This document shows positions 13,766 through 26,741 of a stretch of DNA of 64,000 bases, piece after piece. The stretch is taken from NCBI RefSeq assembly GCF_009914755.1, contig NC_060945.1; one strand, written 5' to 3'. Positions within the stretch are counted from its first letter, which is position 1. Each line of letters begins with the position of its first letter. A program made the position numbers and the translations under genes. This DNA comes from the human T2T-CHM13v2.0 reference genome, Homo sapiens. The notes under the pieces were generated by a model, which worked only from the letters and a program-made list of their open reading frames with translations, ran no database searches and was not told the DNA's origin.

Positions 13766-14299
13766 AAAAATAAGTTTAGAAAGAATAATTAGCATTAGGC
13801 AGATGCTTCCAAAATGCTGTCAAATGACCATACCTATAGGCAAAAAAGGCAGTTAAACAACAACAAAAAATAATAACATATAAACAGAACAGTACCATTC
13901 CCATCATTATTAATCGCTTATTTGAAATAAACATAACATGAACTCTCTAGAGGAACATGGTACTATTTTAGTTTATTATTTTGTATTTAGATGTTATTTT
14001 TACATCAAATCTCCTCCAAATCATCTTCCAGGTTTATAACGTCTTGTGCTAACTCTTACATGACATAGAGTGGAAAGTACCTGAAAGCTACTACAAAAAC
14101 ATTGTTCACTGGCAAGATGGTAGGAGTAGAAATGTATGTCAAGAATTACTGAAATTTAAGAAATTTAAGAGACCTTAAGTACTATCTAGAATAGTTATTT
14201 TCAAGGAAATTTTGACGAGTAGTCAGCAGACCAATAGCAAAACTAATGAAAACTAATTATCTAAGTTATCCTCCAGAAAATTAAAAATTAAATTGGTAA

Positions 14300-14695
<396 letters not shown>

Positions 14696-15377
14696 TAATA
14701 TCTTTTGGGAAGCAAGGCTTGAACTCTACAGGTAGGAACACAGAAAGACAAGTAATTTAACTTGTCAAGGAGGTAGAGTAGATTCTCATATGTTCAATAG
14801 TTTAAAATTGATTATACATAAAGGACATTATACATTTGATAAGTCAGTGTTGGGTACATGCGAGCTTTGATAGCATTCTTTAGACCTTACGTATTATTAC
14901 AAATATTATTTATATTAACTCAATGTTTTATTTAAAATTCGCTTTCATTGATTAACATAGAATTACTGTGCTTTGAGATAAACCTCAGAATACAAACACA
15001 CTAATTGGAATGAAGATTGCAATAAGTTATTGTTTAAAACTAAGTCATAAAAATAATAGTGTACATAATCATATTCTAAAAACAAAATCACACACAAAAC
15101 CACTGAAAACAGATAAAAAGTAAAGACAGATGAAAGTACACAGTGATTTTGTCCATCTTATTCTTTTATATCTTCAGGACTTAGAATGGTGCCCAAATTT
15201 GGAGACACACAATGAATATATGTTGAATAAAATATATTATTGAGGCAAAACATTGTTGAAATAAAAACACCAATTCAGAGGAAAGAAGACAAACAGCTTG
15301 ATTGAAATCTCATCAATGCATTTGAAATGTACTAAAATGAATTGATAAAGCCATGTTTGCTATTCAAGTTAAACGTG

Positions 15378-15383
15378 TTTATT
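15378..15383 (-). terminator. Candidate polyadenylation signal of KRTAP19-6
   Basis: AATAAA about 235 nt downstream of the ancestral stop. Confidence 0.55.
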
Positions 15384-15537
15384 TAAAACTATTTTAAAAT
15401 ACATGTCACAACAGATGTCAGTGACTAAATAATAATAGGTGAAACCCTGATTCAATGTAATGATTCCAGATTCTTCCATAAAAACTGATGGCTAGTTCCT
15501 TCTGGAGCATGAAGCCAAAAAATGGTAGGTATTTTCT

Positions 15538-15792
15538 CTACATTGAGAAAAGTGTTCGCCTTGCTGAAGCATACGGGCAAGATCTTGGAGTTAGAGTATG
15601 AGAATCAGCAAGTTTTTTAGTAAATCCAGAGAATCCATAACCTTCACGGCATGATGGGCGGCAGCAGCCATATCTATAGCCTCCATAGCCAGAGCCATAT
15701 CTGTAGCCTCCACAGCCACAGCCATAGCCCAGACCACCAAAGCCTCCACAGCCATATCCCAGGCCTCTGTAGTAGCTGCCATAGTATCTCAT
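15538..15792 (-). CDS. KRTAP19-6: Keratin-associated protein 19-6, frameshifted/stop-lost allele (84 aa; canonical 58 aa ending SGFY at 15617)
   Basis: [57 protein letters not shown] is recognisable. Start context GACACCATG, TATAAAA at 15871-15877. One base is missing in the TTC TAC TAA end. Confidence 0.93.
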   Translation of the reverse strand: MRYYGSYYRGLGYGCGGFGGLGYGCGCGGYRYGSGYGGYRYGCCRPSCREGYGFSGFTKKLADSHTLTPRSCPYASARRTLFSM

Positions 15793-15870
15793 GGTGTCAG
15801 GGACTAGAGATTCAGTTCAATGCTAATGATGAGTTTCCTGAGTGTAGGTGTCTCTAACTTCTCAGAATGA

Positions 15871-15894
15871 TTTTATACTCTAAGTAGTGGGTGT
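15871..15894 (-). promoter_or_regulatory. KRTAP19-6 TATA box and upstream CACCC motif
   Basis: TATAAAA at 15871-15877, 79 nt from the ATG; ACACCCACTAC just upstream. Confidence 0.7.
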
Positions 15895-17302
15895 CATGAA
15901 CAACAATGACAGGTGATCTTATTTCCACATAACAGAATAATTTTAAGTCTAACAATTGTTTATTTTTTTTCTTTTCTTATGTAACAAAGGGTCCAAACTA
16001 TTATTTAAAGACTTTTAGTCTTTAGTTTGCATTCCTAAGAACAAAATATTTTGAAGATGAAAAATGATTATAGCCACTTCAAAGGCCAGGCTGGTGTTGT
16101 AATTAAAATGGTCTAATCGGGTTGATAGCTTCCAGTAACGCTGTAATTACATAACCTCATATTGCTTTTCTTTTTAATTTGCAGTCCATCGTCTTGGTTA
16201 CTTCATTCCCAGAACCCAAGGACTTCTCTTCATGGTAGTCAGGGCATAGTCACAAAGTCATTAGTGATTTCCAGTAGTCAAATTTAGAGGAAACCTTGGT
16301 TTTTGACTCATTTGAACTTTAATTGACCTTTGACATTGCTAACCTTCCATCCATTCATTCTTTTGTAAAGCTTTCTTGCCTTAATTTCTATGAGAAACCT
16401 TCAATTAGCTTCCTCTGCCAATTTTTTGTTAGGCTTCTTCCCAATTTTTTATTCATCCATTAACTTCAAAAGTGTACCTTTTCCTCTGCATACACTTTTC
16501 CCATGAAGTTCCATTAAATATTATTTTTCTTTTTTCAAATTTTATTTTTAAGAATACATAGTAGAGTATATATATCTATGGGGTATATGAAATACTTTTA
16601 TACAGACATGACAATGCATACTAATCACTGGTTAATGGAGTAATAATCACTGGTAAATGATAAATAGGGTATCCATCCCCTCAAGCATTTATCCTTTGTG
16701 TTAAAGCAATTCAATTACACTCTCTTATTTTAAAATGTTCGATTAAATCAATAATTTAATTTAAATGCAATTTAATTATACATTTTAAAATAACTAAGAG
16801 AGTATAACTTAGTATGGCCACACTTTTGTGCTATCAAATACTAGGTCTTATTCATCATTTCTATTCCTTTGTACCCATTAACCACCCCTACTCCTCCATC
16901 ACTCACATCCCTCCCCACCCCTACCCTGCACCCACCTACTCCCCTTTCCATTCTCTGTTAACCATCCTTCTAGTCTCTATCTCCATGAGTTCAATTGTTT
17001 TCAATTTTTAGCTCCCACAAATAAGTGAGAACATACAAAGTTTGTTTTTCTGTGCCTGACTTATTTCACTTAGCATAATGACGACCAGTTCCATCCATTC
17101 TGTTGCAAATGACAGGATCTCATTATTTTTTATGGTTGACTAGTACTCCATTGTGTATACATACCACATTTTCTTTATCCATTCATCTGTTGGTGGAAAA
17201 TTAGGTTGCTTCCAAATCTTTGCTATTATGAACAGTGCTGCAACAAACATGGGAGTGCACATATCTCTTTGATATACTGTTTTCCCTTCCTTTGGATGTA
17301 TA

Positions 17303-17383
17303 CCAGGCCTCCATAGTAGCTGCTGTAGTAGCTCATGGTGTCAGGGACTAGAGATTAGGTTTGATGCTAAAGATGAGTTTAGC
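17303..17383 (-). other. KRTAP19 5'UTR plus first 11 codons inserted in L1
   Basis: Encodes MSYYSSYYGGL (ATG 17334-17336), preceded by a 5'UTR close to that of KRTAP19-6. Interrupts L1 TATACC^AGCAGTGGGATT. Confidence 0.9.
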
Positions 17384-18715
17384 ACCAGCAGTGGGATTTC
17401 TGTGTCATATGGTAGCTTCATTCTTTGTTTTTTGAGAAACCTCCAAACTGTTCTCCATAGTGGTTGTACTAATTTCCATCCCCACTAATAGCGAATGAGG
17501 ATTCCAAAACATCTATTTGGTTCTTTTGTCCATTTCTAATCAGATTATTAGATTTTTTTTTCCTTACAGATTTGTTTGAGCTCCTTATATATTCTGGTTA
17601 TTAATCCCTTGTCAGATGCATAGTTTACAAATATTTTCTTCCATTCTGTGGGTTGTCTCTTCATTTTGTTGATTGCTTCCTTTGCTGTGCAGAAGCTTTT
17701 TAACGTGATGTAATCCTATGTGTCCATTTTTGCTTTGGTGGCCTGTGCTTGTGGAATCTTACTCAAGGAATTTTTGCTGAGACCAATGCCCTAGAGAGTT
17801 TCCCCAATGTTTTCTTATAGCAGTTTCATAGTTTACTTTTATTTAAGTCTTTAATTCATTTTGATTTGATTTTTGTATATGGGGAGAGATAGGGGACTAG
17901 TTTCATTCTTCTGCACATGAATGTACAGTTTTCCCAGCACTATTTATTGAAGAGACTGTCTTTTCCCATGTGTATGTTTTTGGCACTTTTGTCAAAAATG
18001 AGTAGGTGTCTGAACTTGTTTTTGGGTTCTCTCTTCTGTTCCGTTGGTCTATGTGTCTGTTTTTATTACAGTACCGTGCTGTTACTGGTTACTATCGCTC
18101 TGTAATATAATTTGAAGGTAATGTGATCCTTCGTTTTGTTCTTTTTCCTCAAGATAACTTTGGTTGTTCTGTGTCTTCTTTGGCTCCTTAAAAATTTTAG
18201 AATTTTTTTTTCTATTTCTGTTAAGAGTGTCTTTGGTATTTTAATAAGATTGCATTGAATCTTTAGAGCACTTTGGGTAGTATGAACATTTTAACAATAT
18301 TGATCCAATCCATGAACATGGAATATTTTTTCCATTTTTTGTGTCCTCTTAATTTTTTCATCAGCATTTTATAGTTTCATTGTAGACATTTTTTACTTAT
18401 TTGGTTGCACTAATTTCTAAGTGTTTAAATTTACATGTCACTATTGTAAAAGGGATTACTTTTTAAATTTCTTTTTCACATTGTTCACTGTTGGCATATA
18501 GAAATGCTACTGATTTGTGTATGTTGATTTTATATCCTGCAAATTTACTGAATTGTTTATCAGTTCTAATAATTTTGACTGAATCTTTAGGTGTTTTTAA
18601 ATGTCAAATTACATCATCTGCAAACAATGACATTTGACTTCTTCTTTTCTAATTTGGATGTACTTTATTTCATTCTCTTGTCTCACTGTTCTGTTTAGCA
18701 CTTCCAGTACTATGA

Positions 18716-19130
<415 letters not shown>

Positions 19131-22100
19131 TAGCATCAATTGAAATGATCATATGGTTTTTGTCCTTCATGCTGTTGATACAACACATCACACTGATTGA
19201 TTTGTGTATACTGAACTGTCCTTGCATCCCTGGAATATATCCCACTTCGTCATGATGAATGATCTTTTTAATGTGTTCTTCGATATCATTTGTTAGTATT
19301 TTGTTGGGGATTTTTTCACCTATATTCATCAGAGACACTGGCCTGTACTTTTCTTTCTTCGATGTGTCTTTGTCTGGTGTTGATAACAGGGTAGTACTAT
19401 CCCTGTAGAATGAATTTGGAAGTACTTCCTACTTCTCTATCTATTGGAATAGTTTAAGTAGGATTCATATTAATTCTCTTTAAATGCTTGGTAGAATTCA
19501 GCAGTGAAGCCATCAAGTCTCAGGCTTTTCTTTACTGGAAGACTAATTACTATGACTTTGATCTCATTACTTGTTATTGGTCTGTTCAGGTTTCAGAGTT
19601 CTTCATGGTTTAATCTTGATAGGTTTTATGTGTCCAGGAATGTGCCTATTTCCTCTAGATTTTCCAATTTATTGGCATATATTTGCTCATAGCAGCTATT
19701 AAAGATCCTTTGAATTTCTATAATATCAATTATAATGTCTTCTTTTTTATAACTGATTTTAGTTACTTAGATCTTCTCTCTTTTTTTCTTAGTCTGGCTA
19801 TAGCTTGTCAATTTTGTTTATTCTAAAAGCAAACTTTCATTTCATCGATCTTTTGTATTGTTTTCTTCATTTCCATTTTATTTATTTTTCCTCTAATCTT
19901 TATTATTTTTTTTTCTTCTACTAATTTTGGGTTTGGTTTAGACTTGCTTTTCTAGTTCTTCAAAATGCATTGTTAGGTTAGTTATTTGAAAGTTTGATTC
20001 TTTTTTGATATAGGCAGTTAGAGCTGTAAATTTCCCTCTTAATACTGCTTTCACTTTATCCCACAGGTTTTGGTAAGCTGTGTTTTCGTTACCATTTATT
20101 TTCATAAGTTTTTCAATTTCCTCCTTAATTTCTTCATTGAACCACTGGTCATTTAGAAGCATATTGTGTAATTTCCATGTATTTGTATAGTTTTCAAAAT
20201 TCCTCTTGTTATTGATTTCTAATTTTATTCCATTGCAGTCAGAGAAGATGCTTGATATTATTTCACATTTTTTGCATGTTTTAAGATTTGTTTTGTTATC
20301 TAACATATGGTCTATTCTTTAGAATGGTCCATGTGCTTAAGAGAAGAATGTGTATTCTGCAGCTGCTGGATCAAATGTTCTGTAAATATCAATTAGGTCC
20401 ATTTGGTCAACAGTGCAGATTAGGTTCGATGTTTCTTTGTTGCTTTTCTGTACAGAAGATCTGTACAATGCTGAAATGCTTTTATTGAGGTCTATCTCTT
20501 GCTTTATCCCTAATAATATTTGGTTTATATATCTGTTTGCTCCTATTTTGGGTGTGTATATATTTATAATTGTTATACTCTCTTGCTGAATTGGCCCTTT
20601 ACCATTATATAATGACCTTGTTTCGTCTTACAATTTTTATTTTAAGGTCTATTTGTCTGAACTAAGTATAGCTATTCCTGCTTCTTTTTTATTTCCTTTG
20701 GCATGGAACATCTTTTTCAATCCTTTTATTTTCTGTCTATGTGTATAATAATAGGTGAAGTGTGTTTCTTGTAGGTAATGGATCACTGGGTCTTATTTAG
20801 TTTATGCAGTCCTCCACTCAATGTCTTGTTATCAAAGAGCTTAGTTCATTTACATTCAATGTCACTATTGATGAGTAAGGTCTTACTTCTGTCATTTTGT
20901 TATTTGTTTTCTGATCTTCTCTTCCTTCTTACCTTCCTTCCCGTCTTATTTTTGGAGAAGGTGATTTTCCCTTGTGGTATGATTAAATTTATTGCTTTTT
21001 ATTTTTTGTATATCTGTTGTATGCTTTTCTATTTGAGGTTACCATGATGCTTGTAAATACTATCTTATAACCCATTATTTTAAGTTGATGACAATGTAAC
21101 ATTGATTGCACACACAAGCAAAAAGAAAACAAATGAAAACCCTACACTGTGTCCCCTTCCTTTTTAACTTTTGTTGTTTCTCTTCATGTTTTAATACACT
21201 ATATCTTATAATGTGTTTGTATTTGTTATGTACTATTTTTCATTATTTTAATTCACTTTTATTTTAGGTTCAGCAGTACATGTGCAGGTTGTTATATAGG
21301 TAAATTGCATGTCATGGGGGTTTAATGTATAGATTATTTCATCACTCAGGTAATAAGCATAGTACCCAATAGTTTTTTGATCCTTACCCTCCTCCCATCA
21401 CCCACCCTCAGGTAGGTCCCAGTGTCTATTGTTTCCTTCCTTGTGTCCATATGTACTCAATAATTAGCTTCCACTTTTAGCCAAGAAAGTATGGTATTTG
21501 GTTTCTCTGTTCCTCTGTTATTTTGCTTAGGATGATGGCCTCCAGCTCCATACATAATGTTGCAAAGGACATATCCATTTCTTTGTTATGGCTGTGTAGC
21601 ATTCCACGGTGTATATGTACCATATTTTCTTTATCCAGCCTACTGTGGATGGGCATTTGGGTTGAATCTATGTCTTTGCTGTTGTGAATAGCTCCAATGA
21701 ACATACACATGCATATATCTTTATGACGGAATAATTTATATTCCTTTGGCTATATGCTCAATAATAAGATTGCTAGGTCAAATGGTAATTCTGTTTTAAA
21801 TTTTTTTCACTGCCAAGCTGCTTTCCACAACAGGTGAACTAATTTACATTCCAACCAGCAGTGTATAAGTGTTCCTTTTTCTCTGCAACCTCACCAGCGT
21901 CTGTTATTTTTTGACTTTTCAGTAATAGCCATTCTGACTAGTATGAGATGGTGTCTCATTGTGTTTTTGATTTGCATTTCTCTGGTAACTAGTGATGTTG
22001 AGCATTTTTCCATATGCTTGTTGGTTGAATGTATGTCTTATTTTGAAAAGTGTCTATTCATGTCCTTTACACACTTTTTAATGGTGTTGTGTTTTGCTTG

Positions 22101-25100
22101 TGAATTTAAATTATTTATAGATTTTGAATATTAGATCTTTGTCAGATGCATAGTTTGCAAACAATGTCTCTGGTTCTGTAGGTTGTCTGTTACTGTTTTG
22201 ATAGCTTTCTTTTGCTGTGTAGATGCTCTGTAATTTAATTAGGTCCCGTTTGTCAATTTTTTGGGGGGTGGGGTGGGAAATTGCTTTTGACGCCTTCATC
22301 AAGAAATATTTGCCCAGTCCAATATCCAGAATGGTATTTCCTAGGTTATCATCCAAAGTTTTATAGTTTCAGGTCTTACATTTAAGTCTTTACCTTGACT
22401 TGATTTTTGTATATGGTGTAAGGAAAGGGTTTATTTCCAGCCATCTGCATATACTTAGCAAGTTATCCCAGAGCCATTTATTGAAGAGGGAGTCCCTTCC
22501 CTCATTTTTGGTTTTTGGTGACTGTCAAAGATCAGATGACTGTAGGTGTGTGGCATTATTTCTAGGCTCTCTATTCTGTTTCATTGGTCTATGTGTCTGG
22601 TTTCTTTATGTACTCCATGCTGTTTTGTTACTGTAGCCTTATAATATAATTTGAAGTCTGGTAAATGGGATGCCTCCAGCTTTGTTCTTGCTCAGGATTG
22701 CTTTGTCCATTTGAACTCCTTTTTAGTTCCATATGAATTTTAAAATAGTTTGTTCTAATTCTGTGAGGAATGTCATTGGTGGTTTTCTGATAAGATTAAC
22801 ATTGAATCTGTAAATTGCTTGGGCAGTATGGCCATTTTAACAATATTGATTCTTCCTGTTCATGAACACGGAATATTTTTCCATTTGTATGTGTCATCTC
22901 TGATTTATTTGAGCAGTGTTTTGTAATTCTCATTGTAGAGATCTGTCACCTCCCTGGTTAGGTGTATTCCTAGATATTTTATTCTTTTTGTGGCTATTAT
23001 GAATGCAATGGCATTTCTGATTTGGCTCTCAGCTTGGAGGTTGTTTTTGTATAGTAATGCTACTGAATTTTGTACATTCATTTTGTATCCTGAAACTTTG
23101 TGGAAATTGTTTAAAGGATCTTGGAGCTTTTGGGCAGAGACTATGGAGTTTTCTAGGTATAGAATCATATTGTATCCAAAAAGGGGTAGTTTGACTTCCT
23201 GTCTTCCTATTTGCATGACTTTCATTTCTTTCTCTTGCCTGATTGCTCTGGCCGGGACTTCCACTTCTATATTGAATAGGAGTGGTGAGAGAGGGCATCC
23301 TTATCTTGTTCTGGTTTTCAAGGGGACTACTTTCAAGTTTTACTCATTTAGTACAATGTTGGTACTTTGTAGGTTTGTCATAGATGGCTCTTATTATTGT
23401 GAGCTATGTTCCTTTAATCCCTAGTTTGTTGAGGATTTTAACATGAAAGGATATTGACTTTATCAAAAGTCATTACTACATCTATTGAAATAATCATGTG
23501 GTTTTTTTTTTAGTACTGTTTGTGTGACTATTTACATTTATTAATTTTTATATGTTGAACCAACTGCACTGCAGGGATAAAACCTACTTGATTGTGGCAG
23601 ATTAACTTTTTGATGTGCTGTTGGAGTTGGTATGCTAGTATTTTGCTAAAATTTTTTGCATGTATGTTCATCAAGGATATTGCCTTGAAGTTTTCTTTTT
23701 TCATTGTATCTCTGCCAGATTTTGGTGTCAAGATGATGCTAGCTTTATACAATGAGTTAGGGAGGCATCTTTATTCCTCAGTTTTTTGGAATAATTTCAT
23801 TACAAATGGTATCAGCTCTTCCTTATACATCTGGTAGAATTCAGATGTGACTCTGTTTGGTCCTTGGCTTTTTCTGGTTGGCAGGCTTTGTGTTACTCAT
23901 TTAATTTCAGAAGTTATTATTGGTCTGTTCAGGGATTCAATTTCATCCTGGTTCCATCTTGGGAGGTTATATGTATCCAGAAACTTATTCATTTCTTCTA
24001 AGTTTTCTCTCTTGTGTGCATAGAGGTGTTTGTAGCAGTCTCTGAGCATTCTTTTTTACCGTGGGGTCATTGGTAATGTCCCCTTTGTCATTGCTGATTG
24101 TGTTTATGTGGATCTTCTCTCTTTTTATATTTACTAGCCTAGCTAGTGGTCTATCTAGTTAATTTTTTTTTCTAAAAACCAACTCCTGGCTTTGTTGAGC
24201 TTTTGTACTTTTTGGCACCTAAATTTCCTTCAGTTCAGCCTGCATTTTGGTTACTTCTTGTCTTCTGCTAGCATTGGGGTTGAATTGCTCTTGTTTCCCT
24301 AGTTCCTCTAGTTGTAATATTAAGTTGTTAATTTGAGATCTTTTAACTTTTTGATGTGAGTGTTTAGTGCTATAAACATTCCTCTTAACATTGACTTAGC
24401 TGTGTCCCAGATATTCTAGTATATTGTATCTTTCTTCTGATTCATTTCAAATAATTTATTGATTTAGGCCTTAATTTTATTATTTACCCAAAAGTCATTC
24501 AGGAATATGTTCTTAAATGTTTTGTAATTATATGGCTTTGAGCAATTTTCTTAGTATTAATTTCCATTTTTATTGTATTGTGGTCTGAGAGCATGGTTGA
24601 TGTTAATCTGGTTTTTATAAATTGGCTGACAATTCTTTTATGTCCAAGTGTGTGGTTGATTATTGAGTATGTATCATGTGCAGATCAGAAGAAAATGTGT
24701 TCTGGTCTTTTTGGATATAGTGTTCTATAGATGTTTGTTAGGTCCATTTGGTCAAGTGTCAAATTCAGGTCCTGAATATCTTTGTTAATTTTCCACTTCA
24801 ATGATCTGTCTAACACTGTCAGTCAGGACAATCTCTCACTATTATTCTCTGGCTAAGTCTCTTCCGAAGTCTCTAAGAAATTCCTTTATAAATCTGGATG
24901 CTTCCAGGTTGGATGCATATTATTTATGATAGTTATATATTCTTGTTAAATTGAACCCTTCACCATTATGAAATCCTTTTTTGTTTTCTTTGAACTTTAT
25001 TGGTTTAAAGTCTGTTTTGTCTCAACTTAGAATGACAACTCATGCTTTTTTCTGTTTTTTATTTGCTTGATAGTTTTTTTCTGTATTCCTTTACTTTGAG

Positions 25101-25547
25101 CTTATGGGTGTCATTGAATGTGAGATGGGTCTCTTGAAGACAACATATCATTGGATCTTGCTTCTTTATCAGACTTTCCACTCAGCCTTATAACTGTGGC
25201 ATTTGGCCCACTTACATTCAAGGTTAGTATTGATATCTATGAATTTGATCCTGCATCGTGTTGTTAGCTGGTTATTAAGCAGACTTGTTTGTGTGGTTGC
25301 TTTATAATGTCACTTGTCTATGTACTTAAGTGTGTTTTTGTATTGGCTGGTAATGGTTTTTGCTTTCCATATTTAGTGCTCCTTTCAGGAACTCTTATAA
25401 GGCAGATCTGGTGGTAATGAATTCTCTCAGGATTTGCTTGTTTGGAAAGGATTTTATTTGTCCTTTAATTAAGAATGTTAGTTTTGCTGGATATGAAACT
25501 ACCAGTAGGAGGGTTTTGTTTTTTTTTCTTTAAGAATGGTAAATATA

Positions 25548-25924
<377 letters not shown>

Positions 25925-26684
25925 TTATAGGTTACTTGCTCCTTCCCTCTAGTTGCCTTTAAACTTTTTTCTTTCATTTTGACAATGAAGAATCTGATGA
26001 TTATGTGTCTTGGGTCTTATTGTGTAGTATTTTGCAAGGGTTCTCTGCATTTCCTGAATATTAGTGTTTGCCTCTCTAGTGAGGTTGGCAAAATCTTCAT
26101 GGACAATTTCCTGAAATATGTTTTCCAGGTTGTTTGCCTTATCTCCCTGTCTTTCAAGTTTGCCAACATGTCACAGTTGTGATATCTTTACATAATTCCG
26201 TATGTTTTGGAGTTGTTCTCCATTTTCCTTTATCATTTTTTCTTTACTTTTGTCTGACTGATTTGACTCAAAGAAAATTTTCTTACTCTGAAATTCCTTC
26301 CTCAGCTTGGTTTATTCTTCTGTTAATACTTGTGACTATATTCTGATATTCTTGAAATAAGTTTTTCAGCTCTATCGGCTCACTTTGGTCCTTCTGTAAA
26401 ATGGCCATTTGTCTTTTGTCCCATATATCATTTTACTGTATTCCTTAGAATCCTTGGAATGGGTTTCAACTCATTTAAAGTGTCAATCATCTTCATTCCT
26501 ATCCATATTCTAAATTTTATTTCTGACATTTCAGTCATTTCAGCCTGAATCATTTCTTGGGAACTGGTGCAGCTGTTTGGAAGTAAGAAGGCACTCTTGC
26601 TTTCTTGAGTTGCCAGAGTTCTTGCACTGTTTCTCATCTGTGTGGGCTGATGTTTCTTCAATCCTTGAAGTTGCTGTCCTTTGA

Positions 26685-26685
<1 letters not shown>

Positions 26686-26723
<38 letters not shown>

Positions 26724-26741
26724 TGTGTGTGTGTGTGTGTG
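26686..26741 (+). repeat. (TG)n microsatellite
   Basis: About 28 TG units with one TA interruption. Confidence 0.97.

Noticed and set aside
15651-15857. Ser/His-rich plus-strand ORFs (also 11272-11490, 35083-35367)
   Set aside because: Antisense shadows of the KRTAP codons.
22905-23752. Reverse-transcriptase-like ORFs as a novel RT system
   Set aside because: Decayed L1 ORF2 fragments with many stops and frameshifts.
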